DNA of 64,000 nt, taken from Chlorokybus atmophyticus (Eukaryota > Plantae > Mesostigma and Chlorokybus algae). The notes below the pieces were generated by a model, which searched no databases, was not told the DNA's origin, and was given only the letters and a program-made list of their open reading frames with translations. Below are positions 26,342 through 39,374 of the stretch, piece by piece. The number at the start of each line of letters is the position of its first letter. The stretch's first letter is position 1. The position numbers were made by a program, and so were the translations under genes. The DNA lies in contig RHPI01002076.1 in the NCBI GenBank assembly GCA_009103225.1, positions 150,205 through 214,204 on the forward strand, given 5' to 3'.

Positions 26342-26479
26342 AAAGGATTCTTAAGCAAACCAGCCAGCCGCTTAACACCATCCTTGCCTTGGACTCTCGG
26401 GTGCTGAATGGCCTCAGGCAGCATGCGTACAAAGTACGCATGCTGAAGTGGATGTGACGTGATAAGCATTTCCTCACAG

Positions 26480-27000
26480 CGCAGAAACAATTGCTGTCAA
26501 CTGCCATTGGTCAGCCGTCCAATCATCAGTGTGGGATTGCACAACGTGCCTTGCTGTTAAACCTGGGTGGGGCTGCAATGGTAACTACAGAACCGCCGGT
26601 GGAGCAAGGCTTGCTCCAGCCAAGGCGGTTAGCTTCCCGCCTCGCACCATCTCAAACCCTGCTTGGTCTCCGCAGGGGCTTGCCTAACTTGGTGTCCCTT
26701 TGAGCTGCTTCCGACGAGAAACGGGAGGCTCCCGTGTCATCGTCAGCTGTGCCCGGCATGTGCAAGCTTGCATGCCTGGTATATGCCGGCATGGAGTCTC
26801 CTCATGGAGGAGAAGCGCTTCTCCTCCATGCTAGCTCGGCAACCCGCACTGAGCCGCGCATGGCCTCCCACGCACGCCTGGCCATGGGCCTTGTTGATCG
26901 TCACCTGCGCCCAAACACCGTGTCGGCGCCGCCCAGTGTCTGTGGGCCACAGAGCAGGGCCGGCCGCCGCCGCCACCCAGCACACTGCACTACAAACACG
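26480..27000 (-). other. Conserved module upstream of RBR copy B
   Basis: AQVTINKAHGQACVGGHARLSAG; homologous to the modules upstream of copies A and C. Confidence 0.45.
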
Positions 27001-27949
27001 CCCCCAGCACTGCGTCAGGGCACTGGCCTGGGAGTCTTTGCCACGTTCATCGCAAGCAAGCTATACTCTGGTAGCGACGGCGATGGTGGACCCTTGCTTA
27101 GAGCAGTTGCGACACAAGCCTGCGTTGGAATCCTGATCAGCGAACAGGATTCGTCAAAGGCGCAGCTGAGCTGAGGTTAGTTAAGCGGAGCTACGGTAAT
27201 AGTGACACTGCTAAGTGCTGCTAGCTTACTACTCAGTAGGCTAGCACAGTGCATGCTGCTGCTGCGATTCTAGCAGTAGGGATTGACTAGCAGAAAGACT
27301 TGACAGGTCACCAATCGGGTAAGCGAACAGGCAAATGCCGAGAAGGCAGGCGTTATTCTTTAGCTTGTGGTGCAAGATACATGCGTGCCATCGAGTAGCT
27401 TGCATGCATGCACTATCACATGGCATGTTCAGAAGCTGAAGTTTGTCTGCTGGTGCTTTCATGCTCTATGCGCTTACACAACTTGCACACATGCCACGGG
27501 ATTTGCTCAATGTGGTCTTGACAGATTATAAGCAAAACGACTAGGAAATCTCAACCAGTGCCGACAACCCAGCCATCACACAATGAGTGCACTTCGCTGT
27601 TCATAACCTGTCGTCCATGGCTGCTGTAGTGCACGAGAGTTTACTAGCCTTGGCAGCAGCATGTCTTGTTTTAGGACGCTCGAAGGTGCTACATGGTTGA
27701 CGCGGCATTAGCCAGCATATATGGCGGCGTACTGTACTACATGCTAACGTTTGTCGTTGATGTAGTATCAGTCGTATCCCATGTGACAGCATCCACTACA
27801 TTACCCTTTGGGGGTAACTGTTGATTTTAACATGAATACAGTGCGTTCACTTGTTATTAATGGTACAATTCTTACTGCTTACATTGTGCACCGGGCTGAA
27901 CAAGTCAGGTCCGCTTGACCCAATCACTGGACTTCATTCAACTGGTTGT

Positions 27950-28560
27950 TGAAGCAGCGCCCGTCGTTCAGGCATGTCACAGGCTGTAAGTTGGTTGCGT
28001 GTGCTGTGCGTCCTGTACTTGTTCACCTGTCATTGACATGTGATGCCATCAAGTACTAAGCAGGTGTGGCGTCAATCTCATGCCTAGAGTCCTTGTTGCG
28101 AAGGTCACAGATTATGTTTTCTTATTTATTTATTGTACTTGAGCCTAGACTGCGCAGCCTGCATGGAGCAACATTGTACGGTGTGACGCTTGACGTACGC
28201 TGCTGGGTCCCCAGCCTTGGCAACAGAAAGGCGGCGCCTGGCTGCTTGCTCAGGGTCTTTCCCAGGCGCATTGTATTCTGTTTGGTAACGTATTGACAGG
28301 TTTGCGGCAATTATGCAGGCACAACAACTCACGCTTTGCACCCGTCTGCAGTCAGAGAGGCATTCTGAAACTGTGTGCTCGCAGTCTTGGCTGCAGTTGG
28401 TGGAATGTTGTCTTTCTCGCGCTTGCTTCGGAGTCTCTCGTCTGCCTTGACAATTTCAAGCTTGCAGCGTGTGCGTGAACAGACAGCAAGACCCAGGCCT
28501 TTGCGCACAGGTGAGTACGCAAGCGTTAAACACGCATGCCTGTCAAATTTGAACAATGTC
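27950..28560 (-). pseudogene. Family Z 3' fragment
   Basis: ACIIAANLS...VAKAGD matches 12.4 kb, 15.8 kb and 35.8 kb. Confidence 0.35.
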
Positions 28561-29439
28561 TCGTGTCCCTTCCTTACATGACCGGGCTCTAAAACTGTTG
28601 TAACCCATCACCTGTGCAATCTGGAGGCAGGCCTGCATCGCTTCAGCTCACCATTAACGTCCACAGGTCAACAACAGGCAACGTTGTCAAGTTCCCAGAC
28701 GTGCAGCTTGTGGTTCAAGGTGGGATTATAGAGGTGGCTTCTGACACAGCACAGCAGCGTGTTGTACGACCAACTATCGTGCAACTGGCCAGATCGCTAT
28801 GGTAGTAGTGGAATGCACGTGTCAGAGTAGTTCACATGTTCCTTGCGGACTGCGACGGAAACATGATTTGCTTACTGATCAAGGCAGGTAGCGTAACTTG
28901 TATAAGTATATCGAAACAGTGCGCCGGCTGCAGTGCACCGGCTGCTGTGATATGGAGTATCTGCTGCATGTGTTGGACAACGTGGCCAGCAATGCGCTAT
29001 GGGTATGTTCACGTGCACCGTTTGTGTCCTTCTTAGATTGTATAATAAATAGAATGCATGGAATGTGGCATGCATGAGAGTGTGATACACACATGCATAA
29101 GCAGTCTACTCACCACACCATGAAGCACTTGCATTGACCACCGGGCTGCTAACCTAGCCACTACCTACCTACCTTCTCTACTGCCCATACCCCAATGGAC
29201 ATGCATGCATGCATGCGTTTGTCATCACTTGGATGACACCGCCACTGTGGCTGCCAGCCGGTGTGTTTGGAACTTGTTTGTATTGAATACAAAACTGTAA
29301 GCATCGGATATGGCATTATGGGCTCACAGCCTGATGCACGGCTGCCTGAGTGACTGCTAGACATAGTGTACTGCATCAATACAATAACCGTCCCGTGAAT
29401 GCTTGCGCGCATGCCGGCTGGGAGCTGGTAGACAGTTAA

Positions 29440-31318
29440 TCAATATGCTGCTGGTGCTGCGCCTGTGGCAGATGCTGTGAATGACTCTACTGTGGGTATA
29501 CATAGGGCAAAGTAACTAACCCTGATACTCTTGCTGCAGTGCGTTGCAACATCATGGAGTCCTGCTGTGAACAAGCTGGTGGATTCCGAATCATGGAGTC
29601 CTGCACGCAGCTGTGCCCGAATCCTAGCTGCTGTTCGTGTGGCAGCTGTACTCACAGCATGGGAGCAAGTGAGCGCGCATGGCACGTCTTTGCAAATGCG
29701 CACAAGTAACAACGCTCACAAACATAGCGCGTTTGCACACTGCATGTGCGTGTACGCATCTCTTGGATGCATCTCTCTCACGCAAGTGAGCGCGTGCTTG
29801 CGCATGCCTGTGCGGGCAGGCGGGCGGGCTTACAAAAGTAGTACACGCACGTGCACATCAGCGCACCCGTGCACCCGTGCAAATGTACATACAACGCGAA
29901 GTGCAGGGTGTGCCCTTGCGCATGTTTGCGCATGTGCATGCCGATTTGTGTGCACTTACAAGAAACGCACATACCGTTTGTGCGCTTGTTACAAGGGCCC
30001 ACGAGCGTGCATGTGCGCACGAGCGCGCAGGATCATAGTCGCCCAAGCGCATGCACACACATGCATGTGCGCGCATTTTGTACGCATGTCACTCGCATAT
30101 GGTTGTTTCACAAAAGAACTCCGACGGAATTCAATGCGTGCAATGCTTCGCACATACACAACATGCATGATATGCATCACACATGCATAGGCAACAGCAG
30201 CACTCAGTTCAGCAATCACCACTGGGCTACTTTAGTACCTCCATCTACCTCCACACCTGTCACTACTACCTCTACTATGTACAGGATATGCGAGGTGCTA
30301 ATACAGGCATGCATTCAAAAGCAGTTGACTACAAACAGCTAGCAACACGCCCCTGAATGCTGCATACACAACCACTGGGCTTACTCTACTCGCTCCCCTA
30401 CTACTACTCCTACCGCCCCCCCTGTTAGTCATGCACGCATGCATTCACGGCAGTCCTTGTTCCTTGCATTGTGCAACTGACCGCGGCTGTGGTCAGCGAC
30501 CAATCCTTGCAATGAATAGTATAGTATTCAAGGATTATGGCGTGCATGAGAATGTCAGCGATAGCATCAGCAGCAGACCCAACAGACGTCCCCTCCCTCC
30601 CCCACATATCGCCACCGTGGCGATACGTGGTGACCACCCAACGTGGGTCGGTGACCGTGACGCCCCACACGCCTAATGTCATCAACTCAATTGCAGCCTT
30701 AGGATTCTGTTAGCGTACGCATGATGCATGTACGGCAGGCACAGACACTTCCTCCGTGGCTGATTGTCGTCGCTGTGTATGCGCGCGTGCCTACATGTGC
30801 ATGCATCATGATGCGTGCACGCGTGTACATCAAATGCAGGACATGCATGCGCATGCACAACGTGTAGTCCAGTCAGCACGCAGCAACACATGCAAGGTGT
30901 CATACAAATGACATTTAGTTGACCACCGGGCTACTACTAGCACGCTAATCTACTGCCTCTACCCCGTTAGACATGCAGCAGTCAATATGCAGTTGGTAAT
31001 CACCTGCCCACATGGGCGTTGGTTAGTTGTTGGCGCTTTTGGTCACGCAGACAGCATGCAAATTGGCGACCAGGACTCCCCCTCCCTCTCTCCCTAGCTC
31101 CGCCGCCTTCCTCGCCCTCTGCAAGCGATGCAGCAGGGTTTGCTGGGTTGTGTCGTAGTTGCGTTGCACTGCCGACGTCAGCAATGCCTTGTCCAGTGCC
31201 CCCTCCGCACAGGTTGTGCTGTGTTCGGTTCGGGTGCTGGGCTGGTTAGGTGCTGGTTGGGGATGTGTGCACACGTGCACGCTTGAGTCCGTGCCCATAG
31301 TATTTGCTGTACCCAAAG

Positions 31319-31368
<50 letters not shown>

Positions 31369-32110
31369 CCGGTCACCTGGAAATTACGCGTGCACGCACA
31401 TGCATTGGTTGTACGTGTATAATTTATCTGGGGTAGTAAATTTACCAAACCTTCTTGTGTAAGCATGTACGTAGTCCTGAAGGAATGGACCTCAGCGCAA
31501 CCTGCTTAACACGGTGCTCTTGCCTTCTAGCATCACCGTGATGCACACACGTAAGATGACCATATGTGTGTTTGCATGCGCACGTATACACGTGTAAATG
31601 CGTGCATGCGTGCGGCTGGGACGTCCCCGTGCGCACGCACACACGTTCTGCTAATTGGTATCTCAATTGTTGAGCATACGGATGCGCGCACAGTCGCATG
31701 TATGCAAACACCTGTCAGTTCGCAGCACACTCAGTTTGGATTTGTAAAGACTACAGCGCTGTCAGCATGCTATGCTTCAGTAAAGCATGCGACAGTCAGT
31801 GCTGTCCGCATATTGCAGCATTCTTGCTGGCAACAAGCACTGCGTACACTATGTAGTGCTTAGTGCAGAGACAAATAACAGAAACAATATCTAGCTGGCA
31901 TGATAAGTAGTACCGCAGTTGCATGTGCAGCACCTGTGAGCGTGTCTGAACCTATATATGGTTGGCTAGTCGATGAACTCGCTGCATAGACACATTTGCT
32001 GTTGTCGTCTTATTGCAACGTGCACCTGATGAGAAATCTTTATGCTGTCGTCGTAGCTGATATCCATCACGCAAGACATCTTGTTTGCACCCTATTAGTT
32101 GAAATATGAC
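29440..32110. repeat. Block Y paralog with an extra segment of about 1.2 kb (about 30200-31400)
   Basis: Colinear with 20820-22640, interrupted by sequence that is absent from the first copy. Confidence 0.7.
30480..30715 (-). pseudogene. Protein-kinase-like (TKL-like) fragment
   Basis: AAIELMTLGVWGVTVTDPRWVVTTYRHGGD...IADILMHAIILEYYTIHCKD resembles kinase subdomains III-VIb (E...LxGV..dp..VTEY..GGD...IHRD) with deletions. Confidence 0.3.
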
Positions 32111-32329
32111 GTGATGTGAACGCGCAGCTTCTCTCACCTCACCTCACCTCATGTCACCTGCGTTTCTTCAATTTCATTTTTCTTCCCTGAGCATGACACC
32201 AATGCAGGCCTATTGCGCAAGTGGTCATGGGCAAAGGGACCACCATGGCCGCCGCCGCCAGAGTGTAGCTTGCTTGCTTGACGAAAGTAGCAAAGGCTTC
32301 CCAAGCCAGTGTCCTCAGTGCTAGGGGCG

Positions 32330-32770
32330 TGCTTGTGGAGCAGCATGCTGGGAGGCGACGGCGGCGGCGACCGTCCTCAGCTCTGTGGTGTGTCGGCGCA
32401 GGTGATGATCAATGAGGCCCACGGCCAGGCGAGCGTGGAAGATCATGCGCTGCTGCTCCGTGCGGGGTTTGTCCAGCTTCTCCTCCGTGAGGAGACTCCA
32501 TGTACCAGGCTGTACGCAAGGCGCAAGGCTTGCAAATGCCTGGTGCAGCGACTGTAAAGGGATAAAGCAGCTCAGAAAGGACACCAAGGTAAGGCCAGCC
32601 CCTGCAGAGACCAAGCAGGGTCTGGGATGGTGCGAGGCAACTTGTAAGGCTGGAAGCTAACTTTTCTGACTTTACCATTGCACTGGTGGCTCTTGAACCA
32701 TTGCAGCCCACCTGGACTTTACAGCGGCAAGGCACTTTGAGGCAAGGTCCATCATGCGTGCATTGCCACA
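32330..32770 (+). other. Conserved module upstream of RBR copy C
   Basis: AQVMINEAHGQASVEDHALLLRAG...EETP...ACKCLVQRL*. Confidence 0.45.
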
Positions 32771-32952
32771 CAGATTATTGACGGCTGACTGTTAGCTATT
32801 GACATTAAGTGTTTCTGTCGGCTATGCCCATCACGTCACATCAACTTCAGCATGCGTACAAAGTACGCATGCTGCCTGAGGCTGTCAGAACCCGAGAGTC
32901 CAAGGCAAGGATTGTGTTAAGCGGCCAGCCGGTTTGCGCAAGAGTATCCTCC

Positions 32953-35339
32953 ATGATGGCGGTGGCAGCTGATGGTGGCGATGCATATGTGCTTGCTTTG
33001 GAGCTCCAGCTGCAGGAACTTCATGCCCAGCGTCGGCTGGAGCAGGACGCTGCCTTGGCGCTGTGCCTTCAACTGCAGCCTGAAGACGATGATCCAACCT
33101 TTGGCTGCCAGTTAACAGCCGATGACATTGTCGGTGAGCTCCTTGAACTATGCCAGCCTTGAGAAGACATCAACTTGTGCTCAAGTACATGCAGCACAGC
33201 ATGCAACCTGTGGTTCAGTGCAAGAGCCCGGCTTGTCTGCCTCCAGCATGACGGATAGCACGGGGCGTGCTGTCTGTCATGAATGAGAAGTTCCATTGGT
33301 CACTACCAGTGTTTTCAGGGGTAGCATCAGGCATGTGTATGCTCGCTACTGACATACCTGGGCAGCTAAAGATATCACCAGCAGCGGCTACAGTGTTGCG
33401 CCAATACCACTGCAGCTGTTGGAGTGCAACGATGCCTTGTCCTTGCTTGACGAACAAATTGAAGCCCTCAGTCAAGTGCTGCAGGCAATCAAGGACAGCG
33501 AGGTAGCGTACTACTTAGGCAAAACTGTGGTGCATGCATATGCATGGGCTGCAGCAGCACCATGGTGAGATCGTGCATGCATCAGGTGGCAGTGGCTCTG
33601 CATGAGGTTGAGGAAAGGCAGCACACAATTGTCGCACACGATGTTGAGTTTGCCAAGTATCTAGCAGCTGTTTCCGAGCACGAGTGGAGGGTTCATGGCG
33701 ACAACTTTTCTAGACCGATACCGTCCGGAGGCGAAGAAACCGGTAACACGCCAACACAACCTTAGTTGTAGTTGTTTCAACACTTTGCTCAACTCTCAAC
33801 TCGACAAGATGAGTGCATTCTCTGCGGCAGTGGTTTCAAAGAAATCACTGACTCTGTCACTGGCTCTCTGGCAGAGCCATCGCCGTTGAAGAACCATAAG
33901 GGAGTGGTTGGCTCGTGCGCGGAAAAAGGCCTTGAGTGAAGGCTATAAAGCTGACTTGATTGACTGCATGATTTGTCTTAATCGGTGCCACAGACGGTGA
34001 GCTTTCTCGTGTTTTAAACACTGCAGACACTCGATGGACTGTTCTCAATGCCTGCCCAAGCTTGTCTGAGGTCGCAGGAGACTTGCCATCCATTGTTGCC
34101 GCTGGACATTACGGCAGTGCCCGATTGCTCAACCAGCGCCCGTGCAAGCGGCTGCGAACACAAGATCTGTTTTATGTGCGCGGCTGAGTACATCCGCATT
34201 GAGCTTGACGAACACAAGTATCCCATCAGATGCGCGCACCCGGGTTGCATGTAAGTCACTTACACAGTGTGCTTGTGCTCGCCACAGTGTGCGTGTGCGT
34301 GTAAAACAATCGGCAACAGTAGTCGCCCGGTTTGGTGTGGTCTCATGGTACCTGCGCACATATTCACCAACTGTACAGGTGGATTTTTGGTCTTGACGAT
34401 GTGAACAAGGCTATTCGACATGATGCCAAGCGGTTGGCTCTCGTCCAGCGTCTGGCGGTGGAGGCTGGCATGAAGAACAAAGTGTACTGCCCGCACACAC
34501 AATGCGAGGCCGTGATGGACATACTCAACCCCAAAGGCAAGATTGACTGTTTCAAGTGCCACCGCCCTTTCTGCGCTACATGCCGAACCGCCTGGCACAC
34601 TGGCTACTCGTGCGAAGAGTACCAGGCGCTGCCTGACCACTTGAGGTGGCACACCATGCGCGTACACTTGTCTTTGGAACAACAGCTAGCAATGCTGAGT
34701 TATTGGGTTTTAACAGAACCGCAGAAGATTTGCAGATGCTGCGCCTGGCTCAGCAAAAACTTTGGCGTCGCTGTCCAAATTGCAAGCACATGGTGGAAAG
34801 GAACCCGGTGGGATGCAACTTCATGATGTGCCGTTGCAAATCAGCATTCTGCTATCAGGTGTCTGCCAGTGTTGCGGTGTTTATAAGTACTGGTTGGCCA
34901 TGTTATGCATCCCTGCACACCCACGCACACACGCACGCATGCATGTACTTCAGTAGTACTCGCGTATCCACACATGCATGCGCACGCGGACACACCCAGC
35001 GGCATGCGTGATGAGAGTATGTCATATGCTCCGCTGAGCTGCAACCTCTAATTCTGTCACTCCAATGTCAGTGCGGTGTCGCGTACATCAATCTAGTTGC
35101 CAACGCCAACAACAGCCATGGCAAACCAGGCTGCCAATGTGGACTCTTCGAGCGCCCCGCAGGTAATCGAGGATGGAGATCATCATGATGACGTGGGGAT
35201 GCTGATATGACCGACAACAGGCTCGTGAACCGCCGACAACAAGTCCGTCGTTCCAATCACACGTGCCATTGCGGCAAGCTGACCGCCGCCATGGCATCCA
35301 CCGCTGCTGGTTCGGCATGAAGATGAACGAGATGTCTAG
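32953..35339 (+). pseudogene. RBR-CCCH E3 ligase copy C (frameshifted)
   Basis: Exons 32953-33133, 33366-33502, 33586-33742, ~33809-33987, 34078-34250, 34379-34645, 34717-34858 and 35072-35339 parallel copy B. An extra A in gcggaaaaaggcc (about 33925) gives an in-frame TGA, there is a -1 at cttaatcgg, and the last exon is frameshifted and has lost the CCCH finger. Confidence 0.85.
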
Positions 35340-35699
35340 CTGTGACCTGCTTGACTTTTTGTACATACAATGTTGTATTGGGTCTTGTAGGTGGTGCAAT
35401 TTGCCACGAGTACGTTTGGTCACTCTGTAGCCAACGTAGTTTTGACAACGACAATCCGTTGTCTGTCATCCAAAAGTCTATTGATACAATACCGATGGTT
35501 GGAAGGAGGGCTGTAGGGCTGTGGACATCTTCCACAACGGTTACCTGCGTCAATGTAAGCTTGCTATGCTATGCGCATGTACGCAGGAGTGATAGCGAAC
35601 CCTTTGCAGCAGCATGTACATATGTATTCGTACTTACACATTACAAGTTGAAGGCGCGCACCAAATGAGGACACGACGGCGTTATGCGTGTTGTGCGCA

Positions 35700-38600
35700 T
35701 GTCACATGTGTCGCTTGATCGTAAATGCCTAGACTGCGCCGCAGGCTGTATTGTGCAGCGTACAGCATGATGTATCATATCCAGCAGTGTGACGCTGCTG
35801 GGCATGCCCCCCAGCCTTGGCTACTGAAACGCTGTGCTGCCTAGCGTTTTGGTTCGGGTCTTTGCGCTAACCCATTTGTTCGGCAATGCATTGACAGGTC
35901 CGCCCCGATCATGCATGAAGTCTCTAAGGACTCTCGCGGCATAATGTACTTTGCAAGGCAGCTGCTTTGGTCGCTGCGGTAGTCACCCTCCCATGGTGAG
36001 GAAGGTGTCCATTGCTCACATGCAGCCACTGGCACGGGAGCTGCGCAGTTTCCAGCTGGAAGGGGCAACCTGACGGTCTGCTTCTTGATGCTCGCCCTCA
36101 GCTGACCTCTGCGCTTGACAGTGGTGCCCACAAGCATACCTCCTTATGGCTTTGGCAGCGCCCGTCTCCCCTCAACACCCGACTGCGCTGGATGCATGCA
36201 TTGACGTGTTCAACGTTGCTAGCGTGTTTGTGCATGCTGGGTTCAAGGTTGTTCCTTCAGTTCTGTGGCACGATCGATGCTACTCCATCAGTCCTCAACC
36301 GCACAACCTACATGCTTGGAGTAAACGCTGATCTGCTGCGCTGGTTGCTGACAGCCAAGCTGATGTAACGTGTCACACCAAGTTGGAGCATATGTTACAG
36401 AAGGCTTGGCTGCAGTTCATTGGCAAATCCGCCAGTCCATAAGGTAAAGCTGACCAGGTGCATGAGTACTACCCATACTTTCATGACAAATCTAGTGCTA
36501 ATTGCCAAAGCCAGCACTGCTTGTAGTATCATGCAGTGCTGGCTTTGCTTCCATGCAGCAGGTGCAGCAGCACTTCTGGCATCCTCAGCCAAGTAGCTGT
36601 CATCTTAGATTGCATGCCCAGCATGCTGCTTGCATGCAGCATAATCTGAGCAGTATCCAACACAGCCGCCGCCATGCGCGATTCTTGGTACTCTCGAGTC
36701 TCACCTGCTGCCGCAGAGTATGCATGACCTCTCAAGACCTCCTGTGCATCCGCAGAGTATGCATGACCTCTCAAGACCTTCTGTGCATCCGCTCTCTCGA
36801 TACCAGGTGAGTAACGTTAATGGAACGCTGTGGGCTGATGGCGAAAGATTGGTTCTACTTGTGTATGCATGGCAAGCGTAGATGCATACGCATTCACTTT
36901 GCAGAGCATCAACATATTTGCACGCGCAAGTGAATACGCAAGCATATGCGAAGCAGCAAGGCTCGCGTACGCACATAGACACGTGATCATGTGCGCGTTA
37001 GATATGCGCATGATGCAAACACATGCTGCTCAGCACACTTTGTGCCGCTGTAGACAGATGTGCGCGAAGACGCACATGTGTCTTTGATGGCATGCGCGTG
37101 TGAGTAAGCTATGAGTTCACTGTTTGTGACATTCCAGATGCCGATGGAGCATTAACTCGTGGCGTTCTTGAACCGTTCATGCCTGCAGTGCGTTGCTTGA
37201 TGTGTTTGAACCGATCTCAAGTCTATGATGTTGCATGTTGTGGCTCGCACCCGGTTTGCTGCGTACGGGCGTAGTCACTAGCGCTATGCACAGGATCTCC
37301 GGCACTGAGACATGCATCCAAACACAACGCACACGCCGGGTAGCATGCCAAACCGTGCCTGTGCCGAGTGCAGGAATTGACAAGAAAATAACTGCCTCTC
37401 GCAGTATCTTGCCAACGGTGGCTGATGGACAGCGGCTGCGAAAAGCTTTAAAGGCTGGAGTGCAGGGATGGTGTTGCTAGCATATCTGGTAAGCTTGCAA
37501 CACCCACCTGATGCACGTCCTGTTATGGCTACTTGTGGCTTTTTCATGTTCAATGTTGAGCTAACGGAACAAAACAACGTGTCTTTTCCAAGATTTCCCA
37601 TGCAGCAGTGGCTGATGAGGAGATGACGTGCTGATCCGTTGGTCAAGGCGTGAGCATTGTTTAGCAATTTGGCTCAGCAATTTGCTGTCGGATGCACTAC
37701 TTAGCACTATACTGCACCGCATGATGCTGCATACATGGTGGTCATTTGTGGTTGCAGCCTAGTCTTGCAGTCATTGGTGTTCAATCTGTCGCTCAAGCGT
37801 TGCCATGCAACAACCTTCTCACTGACATGTCCTTTTGAAGGCTGCTTCGGCACTCTAGCGAACAGTTCTGTTGGTGCGGGCCTGCATTGCAGGTTGAAAC
37901 CATCAGATGGTGGTTGCTGGTAGCGTTGTCCATCCTTGTGCAAGTCAACGCATCCAATGCATCATTGAAGTGCTTCAAGTATCAGCAAGGTGGGGGGGTT
38001 GAACGTGCACTGCCTTGTGCAGCCTGCCCAGTTGCCGCAATTTGAAGTTGGGGGCAAGCACCTGTGCATGCTTGGTTGCTCGCAGTCACACTGTGACATT
38101 GCCGATTGCTTCTAGGCCGTGTTTAACAACCTGTTCCTGTTCAACATGGCGGACTCCTGCCAGTGGGGGAAGCTGTGGTCGACACAGTAGAGTGCGTTAT
38201 CAAGTTCGCTGCTCTGTTCATCGGCTGCGTTGGCGTAAGGCACGTAAGTTGGTAGGTTAAGGCAAATGGCTAGCGATTGGCTCTGTTTGGCAATGCCAGC
38301 ATACATGCTGCCTCACATGCGTTCAGCACATACGTGAGGCAAGTGGCAGTTGAGCTGTCGCCTGCATGCTTCAGTAATGGACGGTTTAGTGCAATGCGTG
38401 GTTGGACTTGCCACTTGAAACCTTTGTTGTTGCAACAAGTACAATGGCAGCCAGACACCCTGCTGAGCCTGCCTTTGTTTTTTCGCCAGAAGTGACAGTG
38501 TTTTACGGTTCTTGTGCACTGACTCCTGGCCCCAGCGACTCTGCCGTCGTCATGCTCTGACAGAGTGCAGCATCCATGCACTGCAGGAAATGATCTCACA

Positions 38601-38800
38601 TTCTTGAATGGTCATTGCAGCTAAAGGCCACGGGATGGCCTCATGGTGGCTTACGCTGTTGTGAAAGCTTACAGAACGAGATAAGTGGCAGGCCTCTGTG
38701 GGTGACTGGCAAGTTGAAGTTGAAGAGTTAAAGAGTTCATGCAGCACTTCAAGTGCCAGCGTGGTGCTGCTTGCTGCATGGTTTCCATGCGCCATGCTAG
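35700..38800 (-). pseudogene. Family Z BTB/BACK-like pseudogene, inverted paralog of 8.6-12.5 kb
   Basis: An exact 31-nt match, ttgccagtcacccacagaggcctgccactta (8718 + / about 38700 -), plus several further colinear blocks. Multiple stops. Confidence 0.45.
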
Positions 38801-39374
38801 AGTGCTGCCATTGCTGAAACCACGTGGCACACGTCATTGTGCCTGCAGGGCATCATCTCCCAGAAGCAAACAAGTGTGTACGTTCAAGTGCTTGCTTGCA
38901 TGTCATATCGCCAATGATGATCACCGTCATGAGGCAGCTCGAACAGTTGTGGAGTGTAAAGGATGCTGACAATCTGTCGCAGTCAAATCTTTGATTCATG
39001 TAGAGCACTTCTGGCTGACCTTGGTCTTCCTGTCATTGAGTCAACTAAACCTGGCAGGTCTTCTTTCCTTTGGTGTGTTGTGGGGCTTCCGACCAAGAGT
39101 GGTGCGTGGAAAGCGCTGTTGCGCAGTCATAGCGGCGCAAAAGTGTACGACAGTGTTGTAGCGTGATGCTGTGACAATCTGCTATAGTGACAACCTCGCT
39201 GTGAGCAAGTAATGGTGGAACGCTTCAAGCGCTTGCATTGATGACGTCAACTATTGCCCTCATCACCACGGTTGCAAAGTTGTGCATGGTCTGTTGATGG
39301 TAGAAAAAGTGTCAACAGCATGTGTTGTGTGTTGCACTTGTTTCTAACAAACGTCATGAGGATCATTCTCAACT

